From the human T2T-CHM13v2.0 reference genome, Homo sapiens, in the NCBI RefSeq assembly GCF_009914755.1, contig NC_060926.1: DNA of 64,000 nucleotides. One strand, written 5' to 3'. Made by a program: the position numbers and the translations under genes. Under the pieces are notes generated by a model, which was not told the origin of the DNA, did not search any database, and saw only the letters and a program-made list of their open reading frames with translations. Of the stretch, positions 1 to 16,839 are shown in pieces (the first letter of the stretch is position 1; each line of letters begins with the position of its first letter).

Positions 1-2195
1 GTATCACCAGGGACTTGGAAGCCATTTTAGTTCACTGCTAAAATCTGGTCTTTTCTGAAGGCAGAGGCTGTCCTGAAACTGAGGATGAGAGCTCAGCCAG
101 CAGGAAATCTACCCACCAAATACGGGGCACCATAGTGTGACAGCTTGTTCTCCTTATCAGCTTTCCAAAGATAGTATTAAGTCCAATGCATAGAAGCTGT
201 AATAGAGGCTTTTTCCTTTCTGTCTCGCTCTACCTAATGAAAATGATTTATCTTTATGAAACAAATCATTTTTATTTTTATAATGTTATTTTATTGAAAA
301 AAAGCCATGAGATTAAAATAAGAATTCAAGTCCAAAATCATCCTCAAGTCCATCCCCTAAGAAAAGTTCATGTTTCTCTTTATCTGAATTATTCTTGCCC
401 ATTTGCAGATGTAGTTTTCACAAAAATAGTTTTTAAATCAAGTAAATAACAAGTAGTTTGCTTTTTCTTTCTGAGAAATGTGATTTCCTTGGAAGGACAC
501 GAGGGTAAAACATGAAAATGAGTGAAAAGCACCCAGAGCGTGAGTCATGGGCTGTGATCCGGCAGCCAGGTCCGAGGGAGGGGGCGCCGGCCATGCACGC
601 TGGATGCTGCAGGCAGACCCAGACACTGCAGTGAGCTCCCCTGCCATGGGGCAGCACTTTCCCTTCCAGAAGGCGCTTCTGCACACACACCCACTCGATT
701 CCACACTCGCTCTCAGTCTGTAAGTGTGCTGCCTCTTGGGGGAAAATCCACCTGTTCACATCTGAATATTTTCCCTCTGGGGTGCCCCTTCTCTCCTTAT
801 CCCAATTTGCTACAAGCGGGCCCTTCAGCCAGCAAGCCGACTCAAGAGGGCAAAAGGTTCACTTAATTCCTTCCCAGACAAGTTGTTCCAAAATATTCTT
901 TTCAAACAAATCGTAATCAACAGCAGGAAAATGTCCCAGGGACGGAGGGCCCAGTGCTCACCTCTTTGCAGCTTCCTCTGTGCCCGCTGTGGGGTGCGGG
1001 GGCTGAATTCCCCGTGAGCAGCTCCCCGGAGGGTCCCCACCCTGCCAATCAGGTCCCCTGCTGTAGTGTAGACAGCATTGGGCAGTGAGGATGCTGCACT
1101 GAACCCGCTTCCCACTCTTCCTGCTCCCCATCAGGCTGGGACAGAGTCCCCGTCCACCTCCGGGCTCCTGACTTCTGGGAAACTCCTGCTCCGGGACTCC
1201 GGCCCAGAAGCCAGCTCCAGGCCCCACTTCCAAATGCTCATCCAGCCTATGGGTTGACCAGCAGTCACTCATGTCCTCTGCTAGCCTGTCTTCAGCTTGC
1301 CCTGCCTCCACCCCACGGCCCCTGAGCAGAAGCAGCAGCCCAGGTCCTCTGAGCCAGGAAGGAAAGGCAGAGAGCAGAGGACAGGCTCCCTAACCGAGTT
1401 CTGTATCCCGCCGCCAGTGCCAGGGCGCCACGGCCCAGGCCAGAGCGTGAGGAACAAGCCACCAAAGTAAGAAAGCAGCCACACGGCAGCCCGAATGCTC
1501 ATGCGTTCCAGAGCATTCTCCAGGAACTTTCTCATTCATCCCTCCACACTTTTCTGCTTTTCAAAATAATGCTGGTACAGGGCCAGACACACACGCATGC
1601 CACACACATGCACTAGACTCCCTACAGGCTCACAGACACACACCAGTGCACACACTGCGCGTTCCTCTCTGCTGACATCTGAGCGAGGCAGGTTCACAAG
1701 CAGCCAGCGGCCTCCCACATCCACCCCTGTCGCAAAGGCATCAGCCTTCTCCCCTTTCTCACTTTCAACAGCCCCTTCGTTCACCTACATGTGGACCTGT
1801 GGCCAAAGCTGCAGTATTCGGGAGAGAAAAGGAATCGAATGCTTGGTTTTATCAGAGGAGGCACGGAACAGGTGCTTGCCTAGAGATCAGACGCCAAGCC
1901 ATGGCCATACCTGTTCTTCCCAGTGGACTCTGGCACCCACCAATGTGGGCGTTTCCCACGTGGCCAACATCCTTTTTGCTTCTTTCCTTCTTTTCGTTGC
2001 CCACTCAGACGACAGGGATGCCCCGGCCACACAGTCACTAGTCTGCTAGGAAGTGACCTGGGTATCTTGACACCCGGCTGCCCGGGCTAACGATGGGCCC
2101 TCAGAATGGAACCCTGGAGCCTGGCAGGGCGGAGGCTGCCTGGGAACCCGCCAGGGGTTCCTGTTTCCTGGGCCAATGTGTGACCAGAGGAGTGC

Positions 2196-3240
2196 GAGTG
2201 TGTGTGAACATGCAGACCGTTTGTAAGTGTGTGTGCACTTAGGGGTGTGTGTGTGTGTGTGTGAGGGAATGTGTGGTATGGGGTATGTGTGTGTGTGTGT
2301 GTGTGGTGTACACATGCGGTGTGGGAAGGGCATGAATGAATGTGGTGTATATTGTGTGTGTGGTGTGTGTGTGTGTGTATATGTGTGGTGTGTATGTATG
2401 GTGTGTGTGGTGTGGTGTGTGTGTATATGTGTGGTGTCTATGTTTGTGTGGTGTGTGTGTGGCAGGTGTATGTGTGGTGTGGTGTGGTGTGTGTGTGGTG
2501 TGGTGTAGTGTCTGTTTCTGTGTGTGGTGTGTGTGGCAGGTATATGTGGTATGTGTGTATATGTGTGGTGTTTGCGTGGTGTATGTGCGGTATGCGTGTT
2601 GTGTGTGTGTGTATATGTGTGGTGTATGATATGTGGTAGGTGTTGGTGATATATGTGTGTGATGTGGTACATATATGGTCTGGTGTGTGTATATGTGTGG
2701 GGTGTGTGTGGTGTGGGTGTATGTGGGGTGTGTGTGTTGTGTGCTGTGATGTGTGTGTGTGATGTGGTGTGTGTATATGTGTGGTGTGTATGTGTGGTGT
2801 GGTGTGTATGGTGTGTCTGTGGTTAGGTGTATGTAATGTGCATGTGTGGTGTGGTATGTGTGTATGGGTGGGGTATGTGTGGGGTGTGTGGTGGGTGTAT
2901 GTAATGTATGTGCAGTGTGGTGTGTGTGTATACATGTGGTGTGGGGTGTGTGTGTGTGGGGTGTGTGTTGTAGGTGTATGTAATGTGGGTATGGTGTGTG
3001 TGTGTATATATGTGGTGTGTATGTGTGGGGTGTGTGTGGTAGGTGTATGTAATGTGTGGTGTGGTGTGTGTGTATATGTGTGGTGTGTATATGTATGTGT
3101 TGTGTGTGTGGTGTGTGTTTGCATGTGTGGTGTGTGTGCACTCATGCACACTTACACAGTGTGTGTGAGCATGTTGGCCCTGTGTGGCTCTTTGCGTGTG
3201 AGTGTGTGCCATGTGTATGAGCGTGTGTGTGTGTGTGTGA
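2196..3240. repeat. ~1 kb degenerate (TG)n/(GTGTG)n simple-repeat field
   Basis: Almost pure TG/GGTGT/TATG units; source of the His/Thr- and Val/Cys-rich pseudo-ORFs. Confidence 0.97.
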
Positions 3241-3659
3241 GCCTGCTACCATTGTGCCTGTGATATGCTGAGGAAGCCTGCAGAGAGCAGGACTGGGGTG
3301 TGGATTCCAAGTCTTGGCCAGTGCACAGCAGGATGGGGACCAGGGAAACCCCTCTCCTGAGCCTGTGCCCTCTCGAACATAGGGGCAGGTTCGCAAGGAC
3401 CAGAAGGGATCTGCCTCCCATCTGCCACCGCCCCATCAAAGGCAGAGCTGAAGTGAGATCAGTTGGGTTAGGGCTCCACGGAAAACCAGGTAAGCCCCAG
3501 GGACCACAGGCCGACTAAGGCTGACAGCAATTAGCTGATTAGTGAGGGGCAGAGGGCAAATCCAGTTCCACAATCAAGGACCATGAATGCAGAACTGTCA
3601 GTGGATCCCATGGGGGTGGCGCAGGGGCATGGAAATGCCCTGGCTCAGGACACGGAGCA

Positions 3660-3740
3660 GCCAGGTCAGAGCCCAGCTGAACTCTTAGGAGCTATGTGAC
3701 CCTGGGCTGTTCACTCACCCTCTCTTGGCCTTATTCCACT
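3660..3740 (+). mobile_element. MIR SINE fragment
   Basis: gctatgtgaccctgggctgttcactcaccctctct resembles the MIR core. Confidence 0.5.
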
Positions 3741-4194
3741 CGCACACTCAGATGCTATTATAACAAGCAGTCCCTGGACAGCAGTCAAGTCCACAGAGGG
3801 GCTCTGCAACCCATGACATACTACTCAATTGCTAGTTTCCAAAAAGTACCTGGGGGCTGATCCAAAATGTGGGAATGGCAGGTCCCAGCAGAGAGAGAGA
3901 GGCACTGGTAAAGCCGGGAGAGTGAGGCCGCCAGGCATCACCAAGGGCCACACGAACCAGGGAGGAGTGACAGAGGCAGGAGAGGAAGCTGGGGGACAAG
4001 GCCCAGCAGAGGGCCCTTAGGCTAAAGGAGGCCGTTAAACAGAGCAGGAGATGGGACAGTCAGCACTGGGACGAGACATGGGGGCTGACTTGGAGACAGT
4101 GAGACCTGATAGGAAGACATCACGCAGGAGTCCTGTTGCATCACTGTGAGTCACTCTAGGAGGATTATGCAACATATGATGAGTGTACAATATT

Positions 4195-5010
<816 letters not shown>

Positions 5011-6889
5011 AGTGAAGGCCTGAGCCCAGGTGGTGGGAGTGGGAGCAGAGTAGAGGCTGGAAAGGTCACTGGGGAGAATAACCAGGACTGGGCTGCAGGA
5101 GGATGTCGGGCTTAAGTGACGGCGACTGGAAGCAGGACTCTCTGCTCTCTAGTTTGGGAGACAGCCAGGGCTGCGGCGCCATCTCCAAGACGAGGAAGAT
5201 GTGGCCTCTAAGAACAATTAAACCTTTCTGGAAACGTTTCTACCACTTCCTGGAAGCCTTCCGAGGATCCCACCTCAGTCTTCCGGCCGCCGGTCCATCA
5301 CTGGGGCTAGAGGATTTGAGGAAGCCTCACCTGCATACAGGTCAGCTGGTTTGTAGGAAAATATCCTGCCCATGTCCCCTCCGGAGGATTAACCAGAAAA
5401 AGGCATGTCTGCTGCCCCCTCGGGGACGCTGGGGCAGCTTGGTGGGAAGGGTTGGGTTCAGAGGGCTAAAAATGGGCCACAGGTGCTCCTAGAGGCCACC
5501 ATGTGGGAGAAGCCAGACCCAAGTCCACTGGGGCAAGGGGAGGGCCTGGGCGCAAGCAGACACAAAGTCCAGAAGGCAAAGGCAGGGGCACAGGTGGGAG
5601 GAGCCCAGGGTCTGAACCCCGGTGAGAAGGCCAGACGGTCAGAGAGGGAAGGGTCTGGGGCAGGCCCACCATGCCTGTCCCTTCCCAGGGAGATGCCACC
5701 CAAAGGGGCGGGGCTTGCCCCTGGTGCCCCAGGTGGAAAGCCCCAGTCAGAGCTGCAGGAATCCCATCCGGGCGTGACTTCAGCACTGCAGCCCCTCGGC
5801 CCAGCACTCTCCACAGGGCCTCCTGCACACCCTCTGAACAGAGGCCCAGGACGGGGCCCCTTCCACAGCCAGGCCCAGCATCAGCAGCCCGAGAGAATGC
5901 TATGCGTTCCCAGCAAGTGGGGAGCCGCCCCTGGCTTTGAATAACTTGTCCCAAAGCCCCTTGCTTTCTGACAAGAGTACCCCGCTCCAGCTGTGCTCGG
6001 TTTTACCTCCACAGTTCTCCAAGCCCTCCAAACTCAGACCCTCCCACCAAACCCATTTCCTCTCGAGGGTCTCATGGTGGTGGTGAGAGGGCTGAGGTCC
6101 CACTCTTCTAAGGAATAGAGTGCAAACACCCTCCTGGGCCACACCTGCCTAAGGTCGGCTTCACTGGAAATGATACAACATTCGAGGCCCCCAAAGTGCT
6201 CTGACGCAGTGGATTCTTGATAAAGGTCTTGGAGAGTGGGTCCCCCAGAGCCGAGGGCACCCCCTCTGAGGCAGGCTGGACCCATCCCACGCTGGGCTCA
6301 GAAACCTTCCTCCAGACAGTGCTGCTGAGCCTCGAACCCAGGCAGCCGAAGCCATTACATGAGAACCGTGGGCCTGGGCCCGGTGTCCACTCTGGGAAAA
6401 TCCACAGAGCCATGGCCGTGGTGACAGGCAGCCACCCACAGCCACCGCAGGGACGGGAGGGGAGCAGTTATGGGCTGGTTACAACTTATGGTCACAGAAA
6501 ATAAAACGGGGAGACGTCCAGCTCTGGGTGGAAAAGCCCCATCTTTTTAAGCCTGGAAACTATGCCATGTCTCCACGTGCGTATTAAAGATTTCCCAATT
6601 CGGAAGTCACTGAGCACCAGTCCTTCTAATAGAGCCTCAGATAGATAGTCTGTTTTCTTGAAGATCAAGTTTGAAACTTCACTCTCTGGAGAAAAGAACA
6701 GGATATACATGAAATCCGCAGAAACACAAAGAACCATCCTTCAATGTAAACTTAAAAATTACAAAATAGAAGTAAAATAGGAAGTAACTTTTCCCTCCCT
6801 TCACTCAACCACCATTCACCTGAAATCCTTGCCGAAACACTTCAAAGTGTGTGGGGGGGCTGGAGGCAAGTTGCCCGGATGCGGGACCC

Positions 6890-7080
6890 TCATGCACTAT
6901 GAAGGGAGTGCAAATTGCTACAGTCCCTTCCAGAAGCGACAAGACAATATATATATTCTCTAAATATTCTAGCCATTTCACCCCCAAATCCCTCTGCTGG
7001 GAACCTGCCCTAAGGAAGCAATTCAAAAGATCAAAATCGTATGCACAAAACATGTTCACTGTGGTATTCCCTATAAATTA
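6890..7080 (+). mobile_element. Ancient L1 (L1M-type) 3' region fragment
   Basis: gggagtgcaaattgctacag...ctgggaacctgccctaagga...atgcacaaaacatgttcactg resembles the old L1 3' region; weak similar sequence resumes ~7460-8000. Confidence 0.55.
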
Positions 7081-7092
7081 AAAGTCAAATGC

Positions 7093-7449
7093 TACAGCCA
7101 TAAAAAGGAACGAGGTCATGTCCTTTGCAGGGACATGGGTGAAGTTGGAAGCCATCATCCTTAGCAAACTAACATAGGAACAGAAAACCAAACACTGCAT
7201 GTTCTCACTCATAAGTGGAAGTTGAACAATGAGAACACATGGACACAGGGAGGGGAACAACACACACCAGGGGGTGTGGGGAGTGGGGGGAGAGAGAGCA
7301 TCAGGATAAATAGCTAATGCATGCGGGGCTTAAAACCTAGATGATGGGTTGATAGGCGCAGCAAACCGCCATGGCACATGTTTACCTATGTAACAAACCT
7401 GCACATTCTGCACTTGTATCCCGGAACTTAAAGTAAAAAAGAAATAAAT
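7093..7449 (+). mobile_element. 5'-truncated L1PA (approx. L1PA8-12) 3' end
   Basis: Typical L1PA 3'UTR (gtcctttgcagggacatgg...aacaaacctgcacattctgcac...aacttaaagt), A tail, TSD aaagtcaaa(t/c)gc at 7081-7092 and 7450-7461. Confidence 0.92.
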
Positions 7450-8732
7450 AAAGTCAAACGCAACTTAAGTATTTAACATCTGGGCATCATAAGTAAATTA
7501 TCTTGCATCAAATCAATATAATATTATGTAGTATTTAAAATTGTAATTATGCTAAGTATAGTAACAAAGAAAATAACTTACAGAAAATATCTGAATATTG
7601 GACAAGGTCAAGAAGGCACTCCCCCAAAATGAAAGTCATTTATTTACCTTTGTATCTAACTGTCCTTCACTTTATTCCAGAAAATTCTCAGGGAACCCTT
7701 GTACACATGCTTTACTAGGATGCTGGAAATGGGGTTTATTCCTTTAAAAACATTTTTGACAATTTATTCTGAGAAAATTATCATGCACTCATTGCTGTAC
7801 TGCTACTATTTTCTAAATGGGAATAGCATAAATGTCCAATAATAAGGGATTTAAAAAATAATAGATACCCAAACAATGGAATATTGTGCTACCAATCAAA
7901 CTTATGTTGTAGGAGAATAATGACATCAGAAAATGTTTCTGATATATTCAATGAAGTAAATTACAAAATCGATTTTAAAGATTAGTTTCTGTTTTTTAAA
8001 AGGTATATATTTTTAATTTTAATTCCTTAATATTTTTCTTTTATATATAATAAACGTTAATTCAAAATGGAAAAAGTGTTCCAGAGCTGAGCCTGATAAT
8101 TTAAGAATAAAAATATCCAAGGGTTAAGAGCTAAAACTATAAAATTTTTGAAAGAAAACATAGTTGTAAATCTTTATAACCTTGGATTAGGAAACAACAG
8201 ACATGTGACAACTAAAGAAAAAATATTAGATAAACTGGAAAGAGAAAAGACATGGAAGAAAATTTTTTCAAATCATATTTCTGATAAGGGCCTAATATAC
8301 CAAATCTATAAAGAACTCTTAAAATTCAACAATAAAAAGACAACAAATCCAATTCAAAAATGGGCAAAGGATTTGAATAGACATGGTTCCAAAGCTGTAC
8401 AAACAGTCAACAAGTGCATGAATAAATGCCCACCGTCATTAGTTATTAAAGGAATATAAAGCAAAAACCACAAGGAGATACCCCTTCACACCCGTTAGGA
8501 CCACTTAAAGAAAGAAAGATATGGTCTATCTTGTAATTGTCTGACAAGTTTAGTTAAGGAAGATGTGGAGAAACTAGATCCCTCCTGCATTTCTAGTGAG
8601 AACGGAAAATGATGCAGCCACTTACCAAACCAGTTTAGCAGTTCCTCAAAAAGTTAAACATAATGTTACCATTTGACTCAGCAATTCCACTGCTAGGTAT
8701 GTACCCAAGAGAACTGAAAACATATGTCCTCC

Positions 8733-9189
<457 letters not shown>

Positions 9190-9267
9190 GAAAACATATG
9201 TCCTCCCAAAATTTGGTACAAGAATGTTTATGACAGCATGATTTATAACAGTCAAAAAGGGAAGGAG

Positions 9268-9633
<366 letters not shown>

Positions 9634-10028
9634 CTATACCATGGAATATTATTTGCCAATAAAAAGAAAGAATAATTAACGCATGCTACAACATAAACAA
9701 ATCATGGAAACATTATGCTCAGTGCAAGAAGCCAGACACTAAAGGTGTGCATTATACTCTTTCATTTGTAGGAAATACGGCAAATCCGTAAAGACAGAAA
9801 GTAGATGATCAGTGGTTGCCAGAGGCTGGGGGAAGAGGGAATGGGAAGTGAATGCTAATGGGTTGCCGGGTTTCTTTTTGAGGCAGCAAAAATGTCCTTG
9901 AATTAGATAGTGCTGATGACTGCACACCTTTGTGAATATACTAAAAACCACTGGGCTGTACTTTTTAAAGAGGTGAATTTTATGACATATGAATCATATC
10001 CCAATTTTTAAATTATGGCAAATATATA

Positions 10029-11532
<1,504 letters not shown>

Positions 11533-13273
11533 ATAGTTACGAGTACATTGTGATGAGTCATTATTTACAGGTCATTTTAAACCCAAACAGTGATTTACAG
11601 GGACTCTATCTCCTAGAACTTTTGAATTTCCTACAGACAGTCACAAGAAAAACATTAAGATGAACTTAGAGAACAAGCTGAGTGCTTTCTCCTTGCATTT
11701 CATAACAAAAGGCAATGTTCATAGGGGGATTTCAGATAGTGTGTTGATTTAGGGAGAAAAATCACATTGCTTGAAGAATTCAAATCAAACTATAGGTTCA
11801 AATACTCTACTACCTAATCAGAGATTTCTATTTACACCCAAATAGGAACGGTCAAACCTGAATTATTATTATTATTTATCATAAACCTAAAGTCCCGGCT
11901 TGAGTAATTCGTAGGCACAAAGTGTGGCAGCTACAGTCGCCTATATGTCCCGCCAGTCACTAAAGCAGGCACAGTTCTTCATCCACACGCCATTTCCTCT
12001 CTGCCCTTCTTTGTACCAAAGATCACTGTGTCCAAGAAAAGCATTCTCAGGAGGCCCGAAACTGTGCTGTGGGCAGAAAATCAGCTTTCTGAAACCCTGA
12101 AGCTACTACATGTTTGCTCTTGGTTGAAACTGTGCTCTGAAACCTCCCCGTAAAAGCTTCCACTGGGCCTGGGCCCTAGAGAAGGTGATAACATGTGGAG
12201 GGTACTGAGGCTTCTTCAGATGAGGGGAAACAGAGTCTGTGCAGGTAGACGACATCTGCTTCTCCCTAAGGCGCTGGGTTCTAACTCACTCTCCCTTCAG
12301 TTTAACCCAGAATGAGTCCCAGGAGCGAAGCCCTTGCTCCAGTCATCTTAACACCAAGATGACAGGGGGAAGATCAGAGGTGGGAGAGACAGTCAGGAGC
12401 CCTGTCCAAGAAGTGCCCTTGGTAGAGGGTCCTGCAGACCTTGGACCACCCGGGCATGACACCAGTCAGCGCCCCACAGGCAGCTCTAAGGGCCTGTGTT
12501 CTCTCTTGGGATGGGCTGAAACTCGTTGCACTGTCACTTTGCACACAGGTCCAAGCTTTATGCTACAAAGCAGCATGCAGACCAAGCCTGCCTCAAGTTC
12601 ACGTGAAAGTCCCTCAGATTCATGAATACATCAACCCTGTCTAGGCCATTGCTTCAGGGACACTGAGAACAGATGAAACCAGGGGGTAGAGATTAAAAGA
12701 CACCAAATTCCAACCTTCATCTTCGTCTCTGAGCCTGTCACTTAGGCCCAGAAAGTTAAATTCTCTGTTGCCCACAAACAAAATACTGAGTACCACTTCC
12801 TCCCCAGGATTAAGATGAGAAACGCTTTAAGGGAATCCCCGTAAAGCACAAAGCAAATCCATTTTATTTTAAGAGAGAAATTCCTAGCCGGGTGAGTCCA
12901 GGTTTTTGAGCCTCACGGCGACAAAGGCACATGGCAATTGCTTTCTCCACGTTTCTCCTCCCACCTTGCAGATGCCAAGCGTGGGATCCTCTCTCTCCCT
13001 GTTTAGCCCTTCCTCGTGTTTCCCAAGGAAGGACCTGCTCAAGCCCCACCGGCAATTGCACCTTGCATAGGAATCACCCGCAAAGGGCTTTGAGAAGGGA
13101 CTCGGGCGGCAATGATGAACAGAGCACGGGGATGAGCCTCACCTCAGACACCCTCGCAGGGACCTCCAGCAAGTTCCTTCTCCCAGGCATCCTCAGTGTC
13201 CTCACCTGTGAAAGGAAAAGGCTGGAACCCATGATCGCTGAGGTCCCGTCTGTCTTGATCTCTTCTGCCCAGC

Positions 13274-13727
13274 TCTGCCTGCTGTTCGTGAACTCCTCAA
13301 CCAGGTCTTAGAAGTGCTGAATACTTTAAATGGTAAATCATCTTGATTGCTATCAAAAATGGGTTTGGCCGAGCTGAAGCTTATTACTGGTCCCATGAGG
13401 AATTGCCTGGCCAAATGAACAATGATACAGCAGCTTTGTTGATTTAGCAAGATATTCTTTTCCTTTATTTCCTGTAAAGAAAAAAAAATGCCATCATAAA
13501 TTCAACTCCTCTGACTCTGCCGGCCACAAACCACTCATTCCACTGTGAAATGCTTGTTGAAACTATGACGTCGTGTAATTCTGGAGGGAAACTGAGGACA
13601 CAGCTGGCTACAGAGAAGGCCCCACATCTTGGCCAAACCCATTTTTTATAGCAATCAAGATGATTTACCATTTAAAGTATTCAGCACTTCTAAGTCCTGG
13701 TTGAGGAGTTCGCAAACAGCAGGCAGA
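13274..13727. repeat. Long inverted repeat: 97-bp arms (13274-13370, 13631-13727), 260-bp spacer
   Basis: Manual alignment of arm 1 to the reverse complement of arm 2 gives 93/97 identities, no gaps. Confidence 0.96.
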
Positions 13728-14505
13728 TGATGATACCTCGTGGCTGAGGGTCTAGGGGCTTGCGGCCTCAGGATTGAACTGAGAGTTGTAGCAGAGAGAT
13801 ATGGGGGGGGGAGGGGCGACAGCTCAATGTGGGGGAAACACCCAGATATTAAAGCCAGAAGGACCCAGCCTTCATCTCGATTCTTTGATGGCTAGCGGTG
13901 GGGCCCTGAGTACTCAGGGCACATGAGCGGGAATTGCTGCCAGGAGCTCCAGGGCTGCCAGGATGGAAGCTCTTCCATCCTAGGGCCCTATTTCAAAAGT
14001 AATTTTAAAAAAAAAAACCCCAAAGCCAGTATCATGATTGACTGAAATTAATCACATCACTCCAAAGGCATCTTCCACCAACACTGGCCCTCTGTCCTGG
14101 TCTGAGAGTGGATAGCGGTGGAGTGATCAAATGACTCAGGTTGGAAGTTGCAGGAAAAACCCCCTGAGTGAGCAGTATGGCCAGGGCGGTGGGTCAAATG
14201 AGAGTGGCACTCAGAGCAGAGGCTGTGCACACTTACCCATCCATCATTTATTATTTCTTCATCCAACCACCACTCACTGAGAACTTCGTCTGTGTGAGGC
14301 CCTGGGGAACTACAATGAATACAATGTGGCTTTGGTGGTTGAAGCTCACAGATGAAAACAGAATGCTGGTGTGTCTACAAGGAGCCGATCCTCTTACAGA
14401 TATTGTTTCACTGAATTTTATCATCACTTTGAGGTCCGTGTTATAATCTTCATTTTACATCATGAGGTTGTTGAGAAGCATTTGAGGTTGAATAATTTAA
14501 GTCAC

Positions 14506-14859
14506 TGTCTTAGTCAACCTGGGCTGCCATCACGAAATATCACAGCCTGGATGCCTTGAACATCACAACTTCATTTCCTCTCAGTTCCAGTGCCAGCAAA
14601 TTCAGTGTCTGGTGAGGGCTCTCTTCCTTACTCACAGATGCCACTTTCTTACTGTGTCCTCACGTGGCAGAGAGAAACAGCCAAATCCCTCTCTCCCTCT
14701 TTTTATAAGGCCACCAATCCCACTGGATTAGGACCTCTCCCCTATGATTTCATTTGACTCCAATTACCTCCCAGAAACCCGTCTCCAAATATCACCACAT
14801 TTGGAGTTAGGATGTCAACATAGAAAGCTGAGGGCGGGGGCACAATTCAATCCCTAACA
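14506..14859 (-). mobile_element. MLT1A-type MaLR solo LTR inserted in a MIR
   Basis: tgtcttagtc...gggctgccatcac...ttttataaggccaccaatccc...cacaattcaatccctaaca; TSD-like gtcac/gtcag; MIR-like sequence on both flanks. Confidence 0.85.
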
Positions 14860-14924
14860 GTCAGTCAGTCAGTCTCAGAACAAGATTTAAAACTGGATGC
14901 ATCTGCTTCCAAAGCTGGTGTCCG

Positions 14925-14980
14925 CTCTACTCTACTACCCTACTCTACTCTACTCTACTCTACTGTACTCTACTCTACTC
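14925..14980. repeat. (CTACT)n microsatellite
   Basis: ctctactctact... about 11 units. Confidence 0.95.
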
Positions 14981-16475
14981 GCTGCCTTCTCCACGCTTAC
15001 CACTTGCAGGTTATAGACCCCTTGAGAATGATTTGGGGGGACATTCTTGGCCCCCAGCCTTGTGCTGAGTATCACCAGCTCTTTGGGCAGTGCCAACATT
15101 TCAGGATCGGTGGGCACCCCCTTCTCACTTGTTGTTGAGGTTGATGTCCTATATTAATTTTAATGATTTTGCCACATTCACCTCCAATTGTCACCATTTA
15201 AGCAAGAGCCTTAAACAGGTGTTCCAAGGTCACATGCGTTTGGAATTTGTTTCCCTGCCCTTTGTCCTGGGAAGATATCCACCTCTGGGGGGAAGATCAA
15301 AGTGCAAATTCCTGACTGCCTCTCCTCGTGACAAAAACCACATGCAGAATGCCATGCTGATAGGACAAGTGTGGTATGCAGCTGGAGAGGCAAGTCGGCT
15401 GAAAAAGGAGACGCCTCTCCTCCCCCTTCAAGGCCCAGCCTGAAGCCATAAAGATCTTTGGTGCTTTAACTAGGATTAAGAAAATTCCAGGCGGAAACCA
15501 ACAGTTGACTTCTTTGGGCTTTCTCTTGATTAACTCCACATAAACCAAAGTTCTATGCCTTGTAGAATTCCAACTATGGATATTCTCAATCAATCTACTA
15601 TTTCCCATGACAGAAGCAGGTATTGGTCCTTTGCAGACATTGAAAATAGGCCAAACAGAGCCTCGAATAATTTGGCCTCATGGGGCCACAATCCATCTCA
15701 GTTTTTAATGCATGTTTCTCTTCAGCAGATTGTGCACGAATGATTTTACTAATGAGGTAAGGAGGACACACCTCAATAAAGCCAAGTAATTACTCTAACT
15801 CAAAGTACTTGCACAGCACCTCCAATATGGATTATAAACTAGCATGTTCAGATAAACTGAAGCCCACTCAGCTTCTGTGTTGGATGTGGAAATCCTCCAG
15901 CATTCAGCATGGGCATGCACAGAGCCGGACGCAGGGTTTTTTTGCAAGAAAGTCGTGAGACATGAAGACTGTAAAACAAGCCTAGTTTCTGGGATACAGA
16001 AGTACAGACCATCAGTTTGTGTTTGTCCTCGAGTCTTTGTCTTCTTATAACTGAAGGGCCTTGGACAGGTGATCCCCATGAGCCCCCATCTCTTCAGGAT
16101 ATTCCTCATGTAAAACAGAAGTAACAAGATGGATCTCGCAGTACAACGGAGGGGGTTAGAGTAGATAAGGCGTGCAACAGTGCTGTGAAATCTGTAAAAT
16201 CCTACAAACACATTGATTACAAAGATGACTGTGCTAAGCTCAAGAATAGCTACATGTAGTATTCCCAACAGGAAACTCCCCCCAATGTCCAGACACGTCC
16301 AATCTGACCCAAATTAATGGATTCTCAAAGAGAATGTAATACTAGCTGTCATGTATTGTGCACCTAGCTCTGTGCACATAGACCTCATTTATCCCTCCCA
16401 GCTGCCTCCTGGGTACCAATATTGCAATTTCATGGATAAAGGACACTTAGAATCTGGAAAGTTCAGCTGTCTGCA

Positions 16476-16839
16476 TGAATTAGTCCATTTTCATACTGCT
16501 GTGAAGACATAGCCTAGACTGGGTAATTTATAAAGAAAAAGAGGTTTAATGGACTCACAGTTCAACATGGCTGGGGAGGCCTCACAATCACAGCAGAGGT
16601 GAAGGAGGAGCAAAGGCACATCTTACATGGTGGCAGGCAAGAGAGTGTGTGCCAGGGAACTGCCCTTTTATAAAACCATCAGATCTCCTGAGACTTATTC
16701 ACTATCACGAGAACAGCACAGAAAAAACCCACCCCCATGATCCAATTGCCTCCCACCAGGTCCCTTCTAGGACACATGGGAATTACGGGAGCTACAATTA
16801 AAGATGAGATTTGGGTGGAGACACAGACAAACCATGTCA
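16476..16839 (-). mobile_element. THE1 (THE1C/D-like) solo LTR
   Basis: Reverse THE1 consensus: attagtccattttcatactgct...aaaccatcagatctc...gagatttgggtggagacacagacaaaccatgtca; 5-bp TSD ctgca/ctgtg. Confidence 0.93.

Noticed and set aside
260-1830. Possible minus-strand terminal exon (AATAAA on - strand ~270-292, acceptor-like site ~1800)
   Set aside because: Such signals are common in AT-rich DNA; no upstream exon or ORF supports it without transcript data
2046-3263. 200-300 aa His/Thr- and Val/Cys-rich ORFs (also 32187-32796 and 54863-55946)
   Set aside because: Translations of TG/CA/TA microsatellites
8148-8459. 103-aa ORF with L1 ORF2-like peptide
   Set aside because: Decayed L1MB remnant, not a gene
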